Origin: Daphnia carinata | Lineage: Eukaryota | Length of the DNA stretch: 64,000 bases | Assembly: GCF_022539665.2 (NCBI RefSeq) | Contig: NC_081332.1 | Location: 4,154,001-4,218,000 of the forward strand | Direction: 5' to 3' | Shown: positions 35,246 through 47,516 of the stretch, piece by piece | Layout: every line of letters starts with the position of its first letter | How positions within the stretch are numbered: the first letter of the stretch is position 1 | Notes under the pieces: generated by a model | Database searches by the model: none | What the model saw: the letters and a program-made list of their open reading frames with translations, nothing else | Told to the model about the DNA's origin: nothing | Position numbers and translations under genes: made by a program

Positions 35246-37506
35246 ATAATAATAGAATGCTTACAGATAAACGATAAACCAATACCCGTCACCTTACCAT
35301 CAAATGTGACAAAGACAAATAAAGCAAAGACAGAAAAAAAATTGATAAATGCAATGTGTGAACAAAGCTAACACAGACAATGAAAGAAACGAATTTTGCA
35401 AAAAACATTTCATAAAAAAAATTTTATTGCCAATTCTCTGCACATTACAATTATTTTTGCAACTTTAAAAAGGCACAATAGCCCTTTCAAAAGTTGCTGT
35501 CAACCCAGGCAGGGGGAGACACTGCCTTGTTGACCCACCGGGGAGATTACCCGGTGATTGGCTAAGAGAAGCCGGAAGAAGAGCTGAAGATTTGGAACAT
35601 TTTTACAGGAGCGATTAACCTTTAGTTCGGATTTGTGGGCAGCCACGTCACCCTCCGTGAACACATCATCGGACGAAGCGGCACCCCACGTCCCCTTTCC
35701 GGCCAGAGCCCTCCAAACCTCGGTATATGTTGTTTTTATATATACCGTACAGTAGGGGCATGACCCCCTACGGGCTTATTATGAGTCAAGGGGAAACGGG
35801 GCTTCAGAAAAGAAGGGAGCCCAGATATGCACTTCAATTTTTTTAATATCAAATACCGTCTGGGGAATCCGAATTAAGTATAGCAATGTCATGTCATCCA
35901 TCCAATCAATACAATTTATTCAGTGTCTTGCCCCAACCAAGAATCTTTTCAGATCCAATGTTACTATTAATCTATATTGAGAAAAGAAAAACAACACCGT
36001 TAAACACATCAATTGTTGATCATGGAACTTACATGACTCATAGATTCAACTTCTGGTGGAAGCTTGGGAAAGGACATACAAATTGCAGATTAACTTCATT
36101 GTATAAGGCTCTTGAATGATAAACTAGCACCTGTAGAATGTTGCATTGTTGATAGTTGTGTTCCCAGTACATGAGAATCCTTTCCTATTGGATAAAATTT
36201 TTTTTGGTAGATAAGACCTGGTTGGCAAAAAGGAGGAGAAATTCTTCGTCATAAATTCAAAATTATTTGAAGAAAAATCCTTTCATACCTAAAGAGTCCA
36301 TGTATGATGTTCATCTCTGCAATAGCAGCAAAATGAAAACATCTTTAGGGCCATTTAAGTACCCAGTTTCCCCAACACTCTGAACGTAAAGGACAAGTTT
36401 TTCTTTAGACAGAGAAGCAGAATTATTTGAGGCTTCTAGCTGTGACAGAACTATAAAGGATTGCTGTTGTACTGGATTCATTAACACAAGATGGTACTTC
36501 TCATTAGGCAATTTGCATTACTCTATTAATTTACCTCACACCTTACGGTAATGCACTCTCAGTGTTTTTTCATCTGTAGGCTCACTCTTCCATCCTGTAA
36601 CACTTCCAGACTTGATTTGATCCCCCGTTAAAATCTGTGAATGCAAAATAATAGCATTAAAAATACTGTTTCGATAGACAAAAAACCGAAAAGTACCTAA
36701 TCCATGTTTCATGTTGAACTTGTGCCATTTCTGGGTTTCTGTACCACACCCATTTTCGGCCCAAATACGTTCCCACAATTGTTTAGTTCCTTCACTGCAT
36801 GAGCTTATTACTAACGATTCTTTTAGTGCAGCACTAACAGAATTTAAATTTAACACACTGTCAGGTGTTGGACTGAATAACTTAACAATAAATAATTGTT
36901 TTTTAAAATTCTATACTTATTTTGAATTCTTATTTGAAAACTTTAGGTACCTGGCTGTGTTCGCCTAATGCCAACTCATCCTTACGTTCAGTTAGAGATG
37001 AGTTTTGAAAAACCTCCTTCACTGTTTGGAAACTGTTCCGTTCCAATTTGTTCTTTTCCCCTAGCTGAGCTTGAAGACTCAAAATTTGAGCTACAAAACA
37101 CGAATGAATAAAAGCAAATAAATAGAGTCATTACGTGTTAGGCCTACGATCCTTAGCTTTGTTATCTAATATTTTGTGTTGTTCCAATAACTGGGCCTGC
37201 AGCTTCATAATTTGATCTAATAAACAATAATTAATAATTGAAAACCAATATAATAATGTTTATACTTACCATTTTTTTGTTTTATTATCTTATCCATTTT
37301 TCAATTGTTCCTTCAGCCACGCGTTGTTCTCCAGCCACGCTACTCAATTAACTGCTAATGGTATACAATTAACTCAAATTGCTTACATGCCTGTAATAAC
37401 GAAACCGACTGATAGATGGCTACGGGTAGAAAAAAGAGAAAAAAGTGCGATTTTGTTTTTTTTTTTCCGCCATTTTTTTTTTTTTCATGTAAAACGGATT
37501 GCCATA
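35186..37506 (-). mobile_element. Long transposon arm, copy E (inverted; full terminus at 37506)
   Basis: Reverse complement of D/A; ends GTAAAACGGATTGCCATA; ORF 35886-36119(+) nearly identical to 15594-15827(-). Confidence 0.85.
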
Positions 37507-38712
37507 CAAAATGGTTACAATTTGGCTCAATTGCCGTAATCGTAAAAAAAAAAGAAATGAAGTTGGTGCGCCAACAGCACTTTTTCTTTTATTTAAAAAA
37601 AGGCTTCTTTTCGGACAAAACAAATAACTAATTCGAAACCAGCGTTCAATTAAGATTATACCCTGTGATTTGCGCCAAATTCCAAGAGATGTCCCTTTTC
37701 GATGATTTTCGTGAAAATGATAAGGCTTTCTCACTTTTTCAATTTTCGTCAAATTCTAGATTTGGTTAAAAATACATTATTTTGATTGAAAATTGATTGC
37801 TGATCACGAAAATCGGCTATATATTTGTATTGGGCTCATAGATTTTGAGTTAACCGTAAATAACTAAAAACGGTTTTTTTTTTGTTCGGCTTAAAATTTT
37901 TCCCTATTAAAAAACAATATCAGTAAATCTAGATAACTATACATGATTCTGATTCAAAATTCAACAAGGAACACGACAGTGAAATTTGTTTTTACGTAGA
38001 CTTAATAGTTTTTGAATAATCAAAGAAGTTTGATGTGTCACGCTAGCGCTGTAGCGTACTGGCGCGCTAGTAATGGTTTCGATTCGCCCCTAATTTTATA
38101 TTTTAGATTACTCAAAAACTATAAACTCTACGTAAAAATAAATTCCATTTTCGTTTTTCTTGGCCAAAGCCTTTTCATTATTATTTAGTGGCTTTCCTCT
38201 TACACAGAAAAGACATCTCCAAAAAGCCTCGTTCTCCTGTTTTCAGTTAAATATAAAGCATACGTGGCTCGCGTATGTGGTAGCATTGTTTCACTTCTTG
38301 TTGGTTGGTTACTTAAGTTGTGGGTTGTAACGATATTGTTGTTGGTTGCCGAATAAATCAGTTGCTAACAACGTTCTGTTTTTACGAGCAGATGTCATTG
38401 GAATCTTCTTTGGCGACAACGTTCCCAAAACATTACCTGTTGTATCAATCTAAATATCTGATTGCTCCGCTTGCCCTTATTTTAGCTTCAATATTTTTAC
38501 TTTTCATGGAATCCGATCCTATTTCACCAAACCTGTTTTGTGAATGAAGACGAAAGAGTTATATTTCTTTGCAAAATCACGAAAGATATATCCCATATTG
38601 CTTTAGAACATACATATGTCAATACGGATAGATGGTGCTATTCATCAGTAATTGAACAAGTGCTAGGAAAATAAGGAAAAACTTTTAAATATAGTATTAA
38701 TGATGATGTCAC

Positions 38713-40479
38713 TTAAATACATCGGACGTTGAACCACCAATCACAAGTCTGCGATTCCACGTCGAATATTGTGCCTAGCGGACATAAAAAGGAGTCCTGG
38801 CGACCATCATCGTGACACGTATGGAACACCTAGGCGATCACACCGAATACAAATTACATAGAAATGTATGAATATCACAAAAGTTAATTGACGTATATTC
38901 ATCGCTACATACCTGACATCCAGAGTCCCTATCCGAAAACATGTAACTGAAATCGGCGTTCTTGAAATTTAGACAATCAAAAGATGTCTCTGGAATGGCG
39001 GTGTAATTGGGATAGTCTTCTCCAGGAGTACCAGGAATGTGACTGGGGCGATAATTTGGCGTGGTGTACTTGTCAGCGTACGCGTTGGATTTGAGGGCTA
39101 AGCTGGGCTTCAACAGTACCACCTCCTTCGGGTAGGTAGGGCGTGGTTTGTACGGTTTGGGGACGGCTGGTTTATATGGCTTAGGTGCAACGGGTTTCAC
39201 AGGCTCATAATCATCGTATTGCGGCGGTGGGGGGACGTAGGGTTTCTGTTCTTGATGCTGATCGTATCCGTCGTAGCCATCAGGTTTCTGATTGCCAGCA
39301 CCGTAAAAATTGATATCAAAATCGATGGGTTTAAAAAATGGAATGTCTGCGTCATCAAATGTCGGTTTGTAATTGTCTTGTTCAATTGGTTTGTAGTCGT
39401 CCTCGTAGAGCGGTGTGTCCTCGTACGACGGTTTGTAACCATCTTGATAAGGTGGTTTATGATCGTCTTGATAATTCGGCTTGTAATCGTCTTCGTATGG
39501 CGGTCTCTCTTCATCGTGGTAGGTTGGTTTGTACTCGTCTTCGTAAGATGGTTTATAGTCTTGCTGGTAGACAGGTTTGTCGCCATAATTCGAAGGATAA
39601 TCAACGTCTTGGTTAGGTGGTTGATAGTTGTCCTAATCAGTCGTTCATTAAGTCTCGTGTGTCAATCGGGTCAAAAGCTATTGCCGTCTGACCATCACCG
39701 TCATGATCGCTTACCTGATAGGTTGGCCTGTAATTGTCTTGAGTATCTGGTCGATAACTGTCCTCGTATGGTGGTTGATGGCCGTCCTCCTGCGGTTGGT
39801 AGTAACCCTGATTGCTACCAGCTGGCCGTTTAGCCTTTTTCAAATGGTCGACCTCGTCGCGAAAGATCTGGCGACGTTCACCGTCCTTGAAACAGAAATC
39901 CATTTCATTATTTTTACCCTGACAAGAAAAGGATGACGAGTAGCCATCCGTCTTACGCTAAGGACAGTGCTGCAGGAGAATAAAGAGCGGATCTATTTTA
40001 CGCATCTACCAAGTGCTTTTTGCACACATAAATCCAAAAAGTCCATCCCGAAGACCGGGAAAACTCTTCTCAGCGCGCGCCACGTGAACCAGTTTCGCAA
40101 GACATCGATTTGTCTTTTGGACGTTTCTCTTGTTTAGCTCTTGCCGCAGATGGCACACAAGATACATATTGTTTTATTACATATTCAGGCGGTTATGCAA
40201 CACAGCCAAGTGAAAGCAAAACAAAGGGAACACTACTTAAAATAGGCAATAGAAAAAATAATGAATTAATTAGTTATTTGTTAATGTTAATGAGAGCGAA
40301 CAAAAATAGTAGCCGTATTGCCCCAAAGATTGATGAAAATAAAATCAATGAAATAGGGAGGTGAAAAAAAGCCAAACAATGCTTACTTCTAATTTTGTTT
40401 GACGCCTCGTTGGTTCAGCGGCGAAGGCAACGGCTAGCCAACTGATGCAGACCAGCAGCGTGAAGTGTAACGCGGTCAT
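38713..40479 (-). CDS. Secreted protein with Pro/Tyr/Asp-rich repeats and a C-terminal chitin-binding type-2 (CBM14-like) domain; 4 exons
   Basis: Signal peptide MTALHFTLLVCISWLAVAFA; YKP/YED repeats; IPGTPGEDYPNYTAIPETSFDC...DRDSGCQ|VFHTC...SFLCPLGTIFD...CDWWFNVRC*; GT-AG introns restore frame. Confidence 0.9.
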
Positions 40480-43400
40480 CTCGGAGCAGAGTGATGCACA
40501 GTAGCGCAAACCTCCAAACAAACTAAAAAACAAACGAATCTCGGGAATTAGAAACACGCGAGCTTAGACGGTGATCTAGACAGTTGAGGAAATGAATGCA
40601 AACTGAATGTAAAAAAACGTTTGTGATTTCCCGCATCGACAACTACGACACTAGAGAGAGTCGGGAGTCTAACCGAAAAAAAAAAAAAAGCCCTTAAGAA
40701 TGGTAAAAAGAGGACAGGGAGAGAGACCACACCCTTGTGAATGTGCTACCGCGTTAAATAGCTATACACGAAAAGCAGAACGAAACGAAAAGTTGAACCT
40801 AGAATTCAGAAAGGCATTTCGAAAGGGAAATCACCGGATGGGTCCGTGTGCTCTAATTTTCTTTACGTTCAAATTCGGTGAGGGGCAACACTACGTTTTT
40901 CAGCTCATTCGAATGCATTGGGTGGGACAGTTGCATTAAAAAAAAAAAAAAAGGCATATTATTAATCTATAATAAGGAGTCGTTTATTGGCCTTCGTGAA
41001 TTGGCCTTCTCCCTAATTACCCTTCACCGCGATGAAGAGCGACGACCAACGTGATGGGCGTGGATTGAGAGTAAAAAATATAAGGTGGGTGAACGGTCAA
41101 ACAAAAAAAAATTCTTTTTTAATCAAGGCGTGGCGCGTTCCGTTGAAACTTGGGCCACGGTCCAGCGTCCTCGACACCAATTCCAAGTCCACATTGGTCA
41201 CAGACAACCCCAACCGTCGGTTGCCTTTAGGAACTCACAAACATAGGCCGCAAAACAAAAAATTCTAGGGCCAGATTTACGAGGGTCGAACGAGTATCTC
41301 GCGTCAGAGACGCGCGTGAAACCAGTGCGTGCGCACGACAGAGACACCACCATCAGTTAAAAGCGACTTGGTGTGGTCGTCTCAATGCCAAACGGTTCAT
41401 TTATTATCGTGTTGATTGGCTAAGCGCTTTCCAATCGTTAGTAAAAGCTCGTTATTTTGCAATCGTCTTTTCCTTTTTTTTTTGTGGGGTGTAGCGCGTC
41501 TGCAACAGTTGCGATAAACTCTGCTTTGCTACTGTCGCACAAATAGATTAAACCCTCCCACTCCCTGTTGAAAGAACGAGGAAAAAAAAAAAATATAATT
41601 AAATCATGAAAACAAAGAAACATTGTGTCGTAAAAACATGACGGTTTCGTAGCAACCAGAAAGCCTGTTCTGATTTCATATGAGTTAGCGGTATGTAACA
41701 CGCAGAGTGGAGTGTGTGCGACCTATTCCACATAAGGACAAGTTGGCAAAGGACTGGCATTCGTCATTACGATGCAATAAAAAAACGCGTAGCGCATTCT
41801 AATTCATTTTTAGTGATTAGGGGAACTACGTTCAGGTTCTCTTCTCTCGTCAAACAGATTTGCTGCAAAAAAAAAAAAAAAGAAAAAAAAAAGAACAGAC
41901 GCTAGAAGCGTGTAATATTGCAAATGGGAGCAATATCTAGCGTGGTAACGAGATTCTCCTGAGGGTCGATAAACCACGTTTCCCCGTACGATATCTACGT
42001 AAAACTGTTATCCCGCCCGCTCCCTCCAAGTAAATGTGTTTTTTTTTTTCCCCCTTTTCCACGAGAGATTTGGCGAATAACGAACGAGAAAATGCGACGC
42101 CCGAAATCCTGCGGAATGAACTTGTGCCCTTAATGAATGCGACTAACTCAGAGCGTAACGAACAAAAGGGACGCATCGACACATCGTTAGTACAAATATT
42201 CAATATTAAGAAAAAGAAAAAAGTAGAAAGCAAAACGGCGGTTCAACTTACTGAATAAGCCACGGGCCTTCCTTCCTGTTCGGTGTTGAAACTCGTAGAC
42301 CAGAGGCGGCAGCAGCAGCAGCAGCAAAGAAAAACGAACGGAAACGTGAAATTTCGGTGAGGAAAAAACGAAGAAACCCGCGCGCTACGAAGGATGATGG
42401 TCGACTGGTGGCCATTCAGCAGTGCCCTGAATAAAGAGGATTTCGAGAAAAGAAAACATAAACCGGAGAAAATGTAGACCATATGTTGTATATCTGTGTA
42501 CAACGCACACGTCTTTACGTGTATAACGTGAGACTACTGCCCTCCATTCTCCTCTTGTGCTCACCGTTATGAGCTTCACACCATTTTCTTCGTCCCGCAG
42601 CGGAAAAATGGGCCATCAGACGCGTGTGAAGATGCGTTCATCACTTCGTTGTTTGCGGGGCTTTCCGTCCAGCTGCATGTTATCACTTGATTGTTTGCCT
42701 TTTCATCGTTTTCTGCTACCTAAATAATCAAGCAGAATAGGTGGAGACGGATTGCAATGATTGAATAATAAGAATACAGCGGAAAAACAAAATCTATGGC
42801 AACTTTCGTCGTAAACCATCCGAGAGAAACGTGCGTTTCACGTTTGTACTTTCCAGTCCAGTTATTTCTCTATATTTTTGCCCTATCAATTCACGATGAA
42901 TAAATAAAAGAAAAAAAAAATATAGTGGGGAGCCCATCTTCTCCTACATATGACGGCAACCAAAAAAAAAAAAAAAAAAAAAAAAAGAAAAAGCGCAAAA
43001 ATCTGATTTCTGAGGCTATCGTGTCACGAAACGATTGGGTACAAATTCACTTGAGTTCTACCCATCCGCTTTCTAGAACGGCAAAGGAGAAGGAGTTGCA
43101 CAGCACGCATCACGGCGAGATCGATTGAATACAGCCCCTCTCGTCAAAACCACCGGGGGATCGGGCGAAAACAATTCGCACGAACGAGAGCAGTTTCGCG
43201 TGAATGGCAGACTCTTCACCATCTTTCCCCAAATAGGTTATATGAGAAATTCAATAAACGCCCGACAGTCCCATTCAATTTTAACTTTCAATCACTGAAG
43301 AGAATTCATCCTGATTTCGTATTGGCACAGTGAATGGAGGGAAACGAAGAGCGTTTCCCCTTGTACGAGTTATATCATCGACTATTGCTGCACGCGCGTA

Positions 43401-46400
43401 AATTGCTCACAGCAAAAGCAATTTTGGATACAGAAATATTATTGCCTCTAGCTCCATTGCATTCCCATGTGGCGCCGGCGACGCCAAGAAGCGCCGCTCG
43501 TACATTTCCACAGCTGATAGCGCTACAATAAAAAAAAAAAAATAAGGAAATCAAAAAGAAAGCAAAGAAAAAACGTATTCAACTAACAGAAAAGAACCCC
43601 GTTTTTTTTTGTAAAATGAAGAAACGACCAGACATGCAAACATCGAAAAATCCTGGATGTGAATTGAATTTTAGAATAAGAAATCAACTACTGACCGATC
43701 GCTAAAGAAATATTTTTTTTTTAATCTAAGGGGAGAAATGGTTGCGACGCAGATCGTGTCATCCATCAGATTAACTGACTTCCTCTTTTGATTTTTAGCC
43801 AAGCTTTATTTTTCGTTTTTTTTTCCACACTCCCATCGGAGAAAATGCAAGACCATCCTACGTCACACGAAACTCAATCACAAAGGACATCGGCGGAGCG
43901 ATCGATACTACAAGACAACGCATGCAGTTAAAAAAAAAAAAAAAAAAAAGATATAAAATAAACGAAAAGAGCGACGATTTTAGCCGCTGTGGACGTGCTC
44001 TTGGCACAAGATAGATATTGCTGTATATAGTCGTTTTGATGGCTTTTACACATGATGTTAAAAAGGGAAGTAAAAAAGAAAATTATTATCTGCGCATAAG
44101 CAAGCAATTCCCCCCCCCCCCGTGTCTTGTTTACACTTTAACAAATATAACAGACCCTCCGCGCAAACTAGATTATTTTAGATAGAAGCGTTTGCCTTGC
44201 AAACACTTGAAATCGGCACAGCCTCACGTACGGGCAATTACGGGCACGGATAAGGAGGGATTGGCGGACCACTAGCCGGTCCAAAAGCTATCTTTCGATT
44301 TCGTAGGAATAACAGAATAAACACTGAAGAATAATGGAGGGGAAAGAAGAAAAAAAAATACAAAATTCAACAAACTTTGTATGTTTTTTTTTTAGGAAGA
44401 GACAAAATAAACCGCAAAGGACACGTAGTACGCTCTAGATAAGTTATCAACGCTGCTATTTCTATACGTCGCACGCTACGGTTTCTTGAATACGATAGCT
44501 AATCGATATGCGTCGTCCTTTCACTGATGTCTTCTACGACTTCCTCTTCTTCGATGCCAAGTAAGAAAAGAAAAAGAAGGGGAACGGCAAAAGGAAAAAT
44601 TTGAAAAACAAAACGGAAATTGCCTTTAAATTCGGTAATTCGATCGCGCACGTTGAATTCGGCACAACTCATTAAAATGGAAGCCTATTTCGGACGGTGT
44701 GCGGTTCGCCTCGAACTAGGGCAACACAGCCAAGATTCGATAATGAGTTACGGTAGTTGTTATGCAAAAGTTCCAAATCCAGTTGCAGTCAAGGGACTTG
44801 GTTGGCGGGACAGATGGTGTACAGAGCGATATGGTTCGACAGACAAGACAAAAAGAATTCACGTATGGCCAAATGAAAAAACTTTTCATTCTGCCCCGCA
44901 GTCAGTCAGCTGCTGCTTGCACAACTAACAAATAGCTGGTAGTTTTTTTGTAAGTTCTTTGCTAGTATGCATGTTTGCGAAGCAAAGCATTCTCTCATGC
45001 CATGCAAAATGGGAAATTGGTGTACCACTTTTGCTGCTTCTTAGCTTCTTTTCTTTTTAAGGGGGGGGGGGGGGGAAGAAAGCGAAGAAAAGGAAAACTG
45101 AATCAGCTTAGTGCTAGGGCGTTAAAAACACAACCTAAAATTAACTCGCATTGCTGATTTTCACTAAAAAGAGAAGCGCGGGAAACGAAAGGTAATGAGC
45201 TTCGCCTTAGTAATTAATAAAGTAATAAAAGCAACGGCTCTCATCACACAAAGACGGAAAGTTAAAGAAAAAAAAAATCAACAGTAACTTGGATCGTGTC
45301 ATTACTTTACCTGTAGCTTCAGCATAATTGGTTTCATTCCCACGCAGTTTCTCGCGAACGGTACCGAAGAAATAAGCGAGTTCATTCCTTAAAAGAGAAA
45401 CAATAATTAATTCGTTTTATAACATTTGTACAAAAGAAATTGCTTCTCACCGAACATGCCAATCCAGTTTTTAATTGTCTTGCTTACGCTGCTGAATTCC
45501 CCTTGTCCTCCTCTACAGCAGTGGACGTCAACATCAAATGATGTTCCAAATTCTTGTTATCTATTTCCATTATGACTCACGAGTGTCAGCCGATGATCGG
45601 GTAGAAACGCTCGCCGTTCGTCTGCTAATTCACTTGTTTGGATGCAATTTTGAAAGTGATGGTTCTTGAAATCTGCAAGTCAGATTGAGAAAAGGGTTAA
45701 ATCAGAGCAGACGATTGAAAAAGAGATTATCATTCTGTCCTTTTCTATCATGCTCCTTCTTCGCTGAAATGAAGACTCCCTGTCAGCTGACATTCGCTTA
45801 ACGTACATCTTTCGGGCATACTGCATCAACTTGTGTCGAAAACTAGATGTGTATGTGCGTGTACTCGTCATAAGGGCTTTGCATTTCAACAAAGGACAGC
45901 CCAAAGCAAGGGGAAGAGCCTATTACTGTCTTTCATCTAGCAAATTGGCAATAGTATCACCAACGGCGTCACTCGATATAATCTATTTAATGGGTTCATC
46001 AGGAAACCAAATTTGGCTTGAACTTTTGCTTTGAAGCCTGACAGTACACCATAGCTTCAATGGTGGGTACGAGTAGCAGCCTGTACCAATAGTTTAAGCC
46101 ATTAGCACATCATTAAACATCTAAACACAACCCTGAGAAAACTGACTGTTGCAATCATAAGGGTCTCTCCATCATAAAGGTCACCCCAATCTAAATTCTG
46201 TATGGCTTTTTCCAGAGCACAAGAAATCTCAAGGACAGGCTGATCGAAAGGTCGAAACATGCCCTACATACGCATTTCAAATTCTGGGGGCCTCCATGGC
46301 ACTTATTATCCGTGCATAATATATACAGCTTCAAGGGATTGAACGAAGCCAGATATAGCATGAAAGGTGAGTGGGCCCCTTGAGGATGATGCAGCAGACG

Positions 46401-47516
46401 TTGACAAAGCCTGAAGTTGTCCTGAACAAGGGGGTCAAAATATATCAAAAACATAATTACCTCGTCTATGCTGGAATGTTGGATGGAATATAACGGTACT
46501 CGGCTCGCACGAAGGCAGTAAATCAAAGCCAGTTTCCTACAGCGTTTGAACACAAAACCACTTTCAGACTTCAAACGAGCACACCACTTGAATCGTGAAC
46601 AGGTTGTCTGCTCGTGTGAAGCTGCCACCTGGCGACCAGGTGGCGAAGTGTAAAAAAAATTTAAAGAAGACGAGACGACTAAAGATTTTTTAAAATAACT
46701 AAATAAAAACAAAACAAAATTCAGAGTACCTCAGTTGATCTAAAGATTATTTCGGAATATTTTTAATGGCGCACATGGGGGAATCTTATATAAGAGTGAT
46801 GGGTCCTGAGACATTCACGTGGCCAACCAACAGAATTCTGCATAAGAGTCAATAATCCCGTTACAAATTCCTGAGCGTGAGTCAAAGCTTCATCCAATTT
46901 GTCCGTCCTCGAATCTTTTGACATGTTCAAAGCGCGGAATTTTTATCACATCTTCGACAGGAATCAGAGCGAAATGAGTTTCATATGTATTGCATGGAGA
47001 TAGTAGGTCCGTTATATATGCAATAAAAAAAATTGTATACAAACATCATTCTGTACAATAAAAACTGTCAAACATAAGAGGGAAAAAAAACATTAAAAAA
47101 AAATCTGCTAAAGGAAAATGTCTGATTTCTTTTCTGTTTATCATTTGATTTTCTTTTTTTTTTTCTTTTTTTTTTTTTTGCATATACGATTAAAGAAAAA
47201 TGGGACGTCGAACGGAAGCATGAAAGTGTTTTAACCTTTTCTTAAAAAGCCTTTTAATTTTCCACCATATGAAACATTCACCATTTTGCAAACACAAGCT
47301 TCTTCCTTTTCTTTTTTTCTTTTTTTTTTTTTTGATTGGCTACAGGCACTTGATGCGCAATCATCGCAATCTACACGTTCCTCTTTGATATCTAAAATTA
47401 CACACAGAAAAGCTATTAATGGAAGACCGGTATTCATTTTTTTTTTTTTTTATGTTAAAAAAAAAAAAAATTGGGGAATTGGGGAGGGAATAAAATATTG
47501 AAATGTAATCGCCACG

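Noticed and set aside
14185..37515. TSD for a single 23-kb insertion bounded by arms A and E
   Set aside because: Flanks CCACTGTTA and CAAAATGGT do not match, so composite transposition is unproven
39197..39936. Hydrophobic ORF 39219-39833(+) and apparent frameshift at ~39640
   Set aside because: The ORF is an antisense shadow of YKP/YED repeats; the frame change is explained by a GT-AG intron at about 39634-39715
45680..46712. Minus-strand ORFs of 74 and 173 aa
   Set aside because: Could not assemble a stop-free spliced model; the candidate intron of 38 nt is too short
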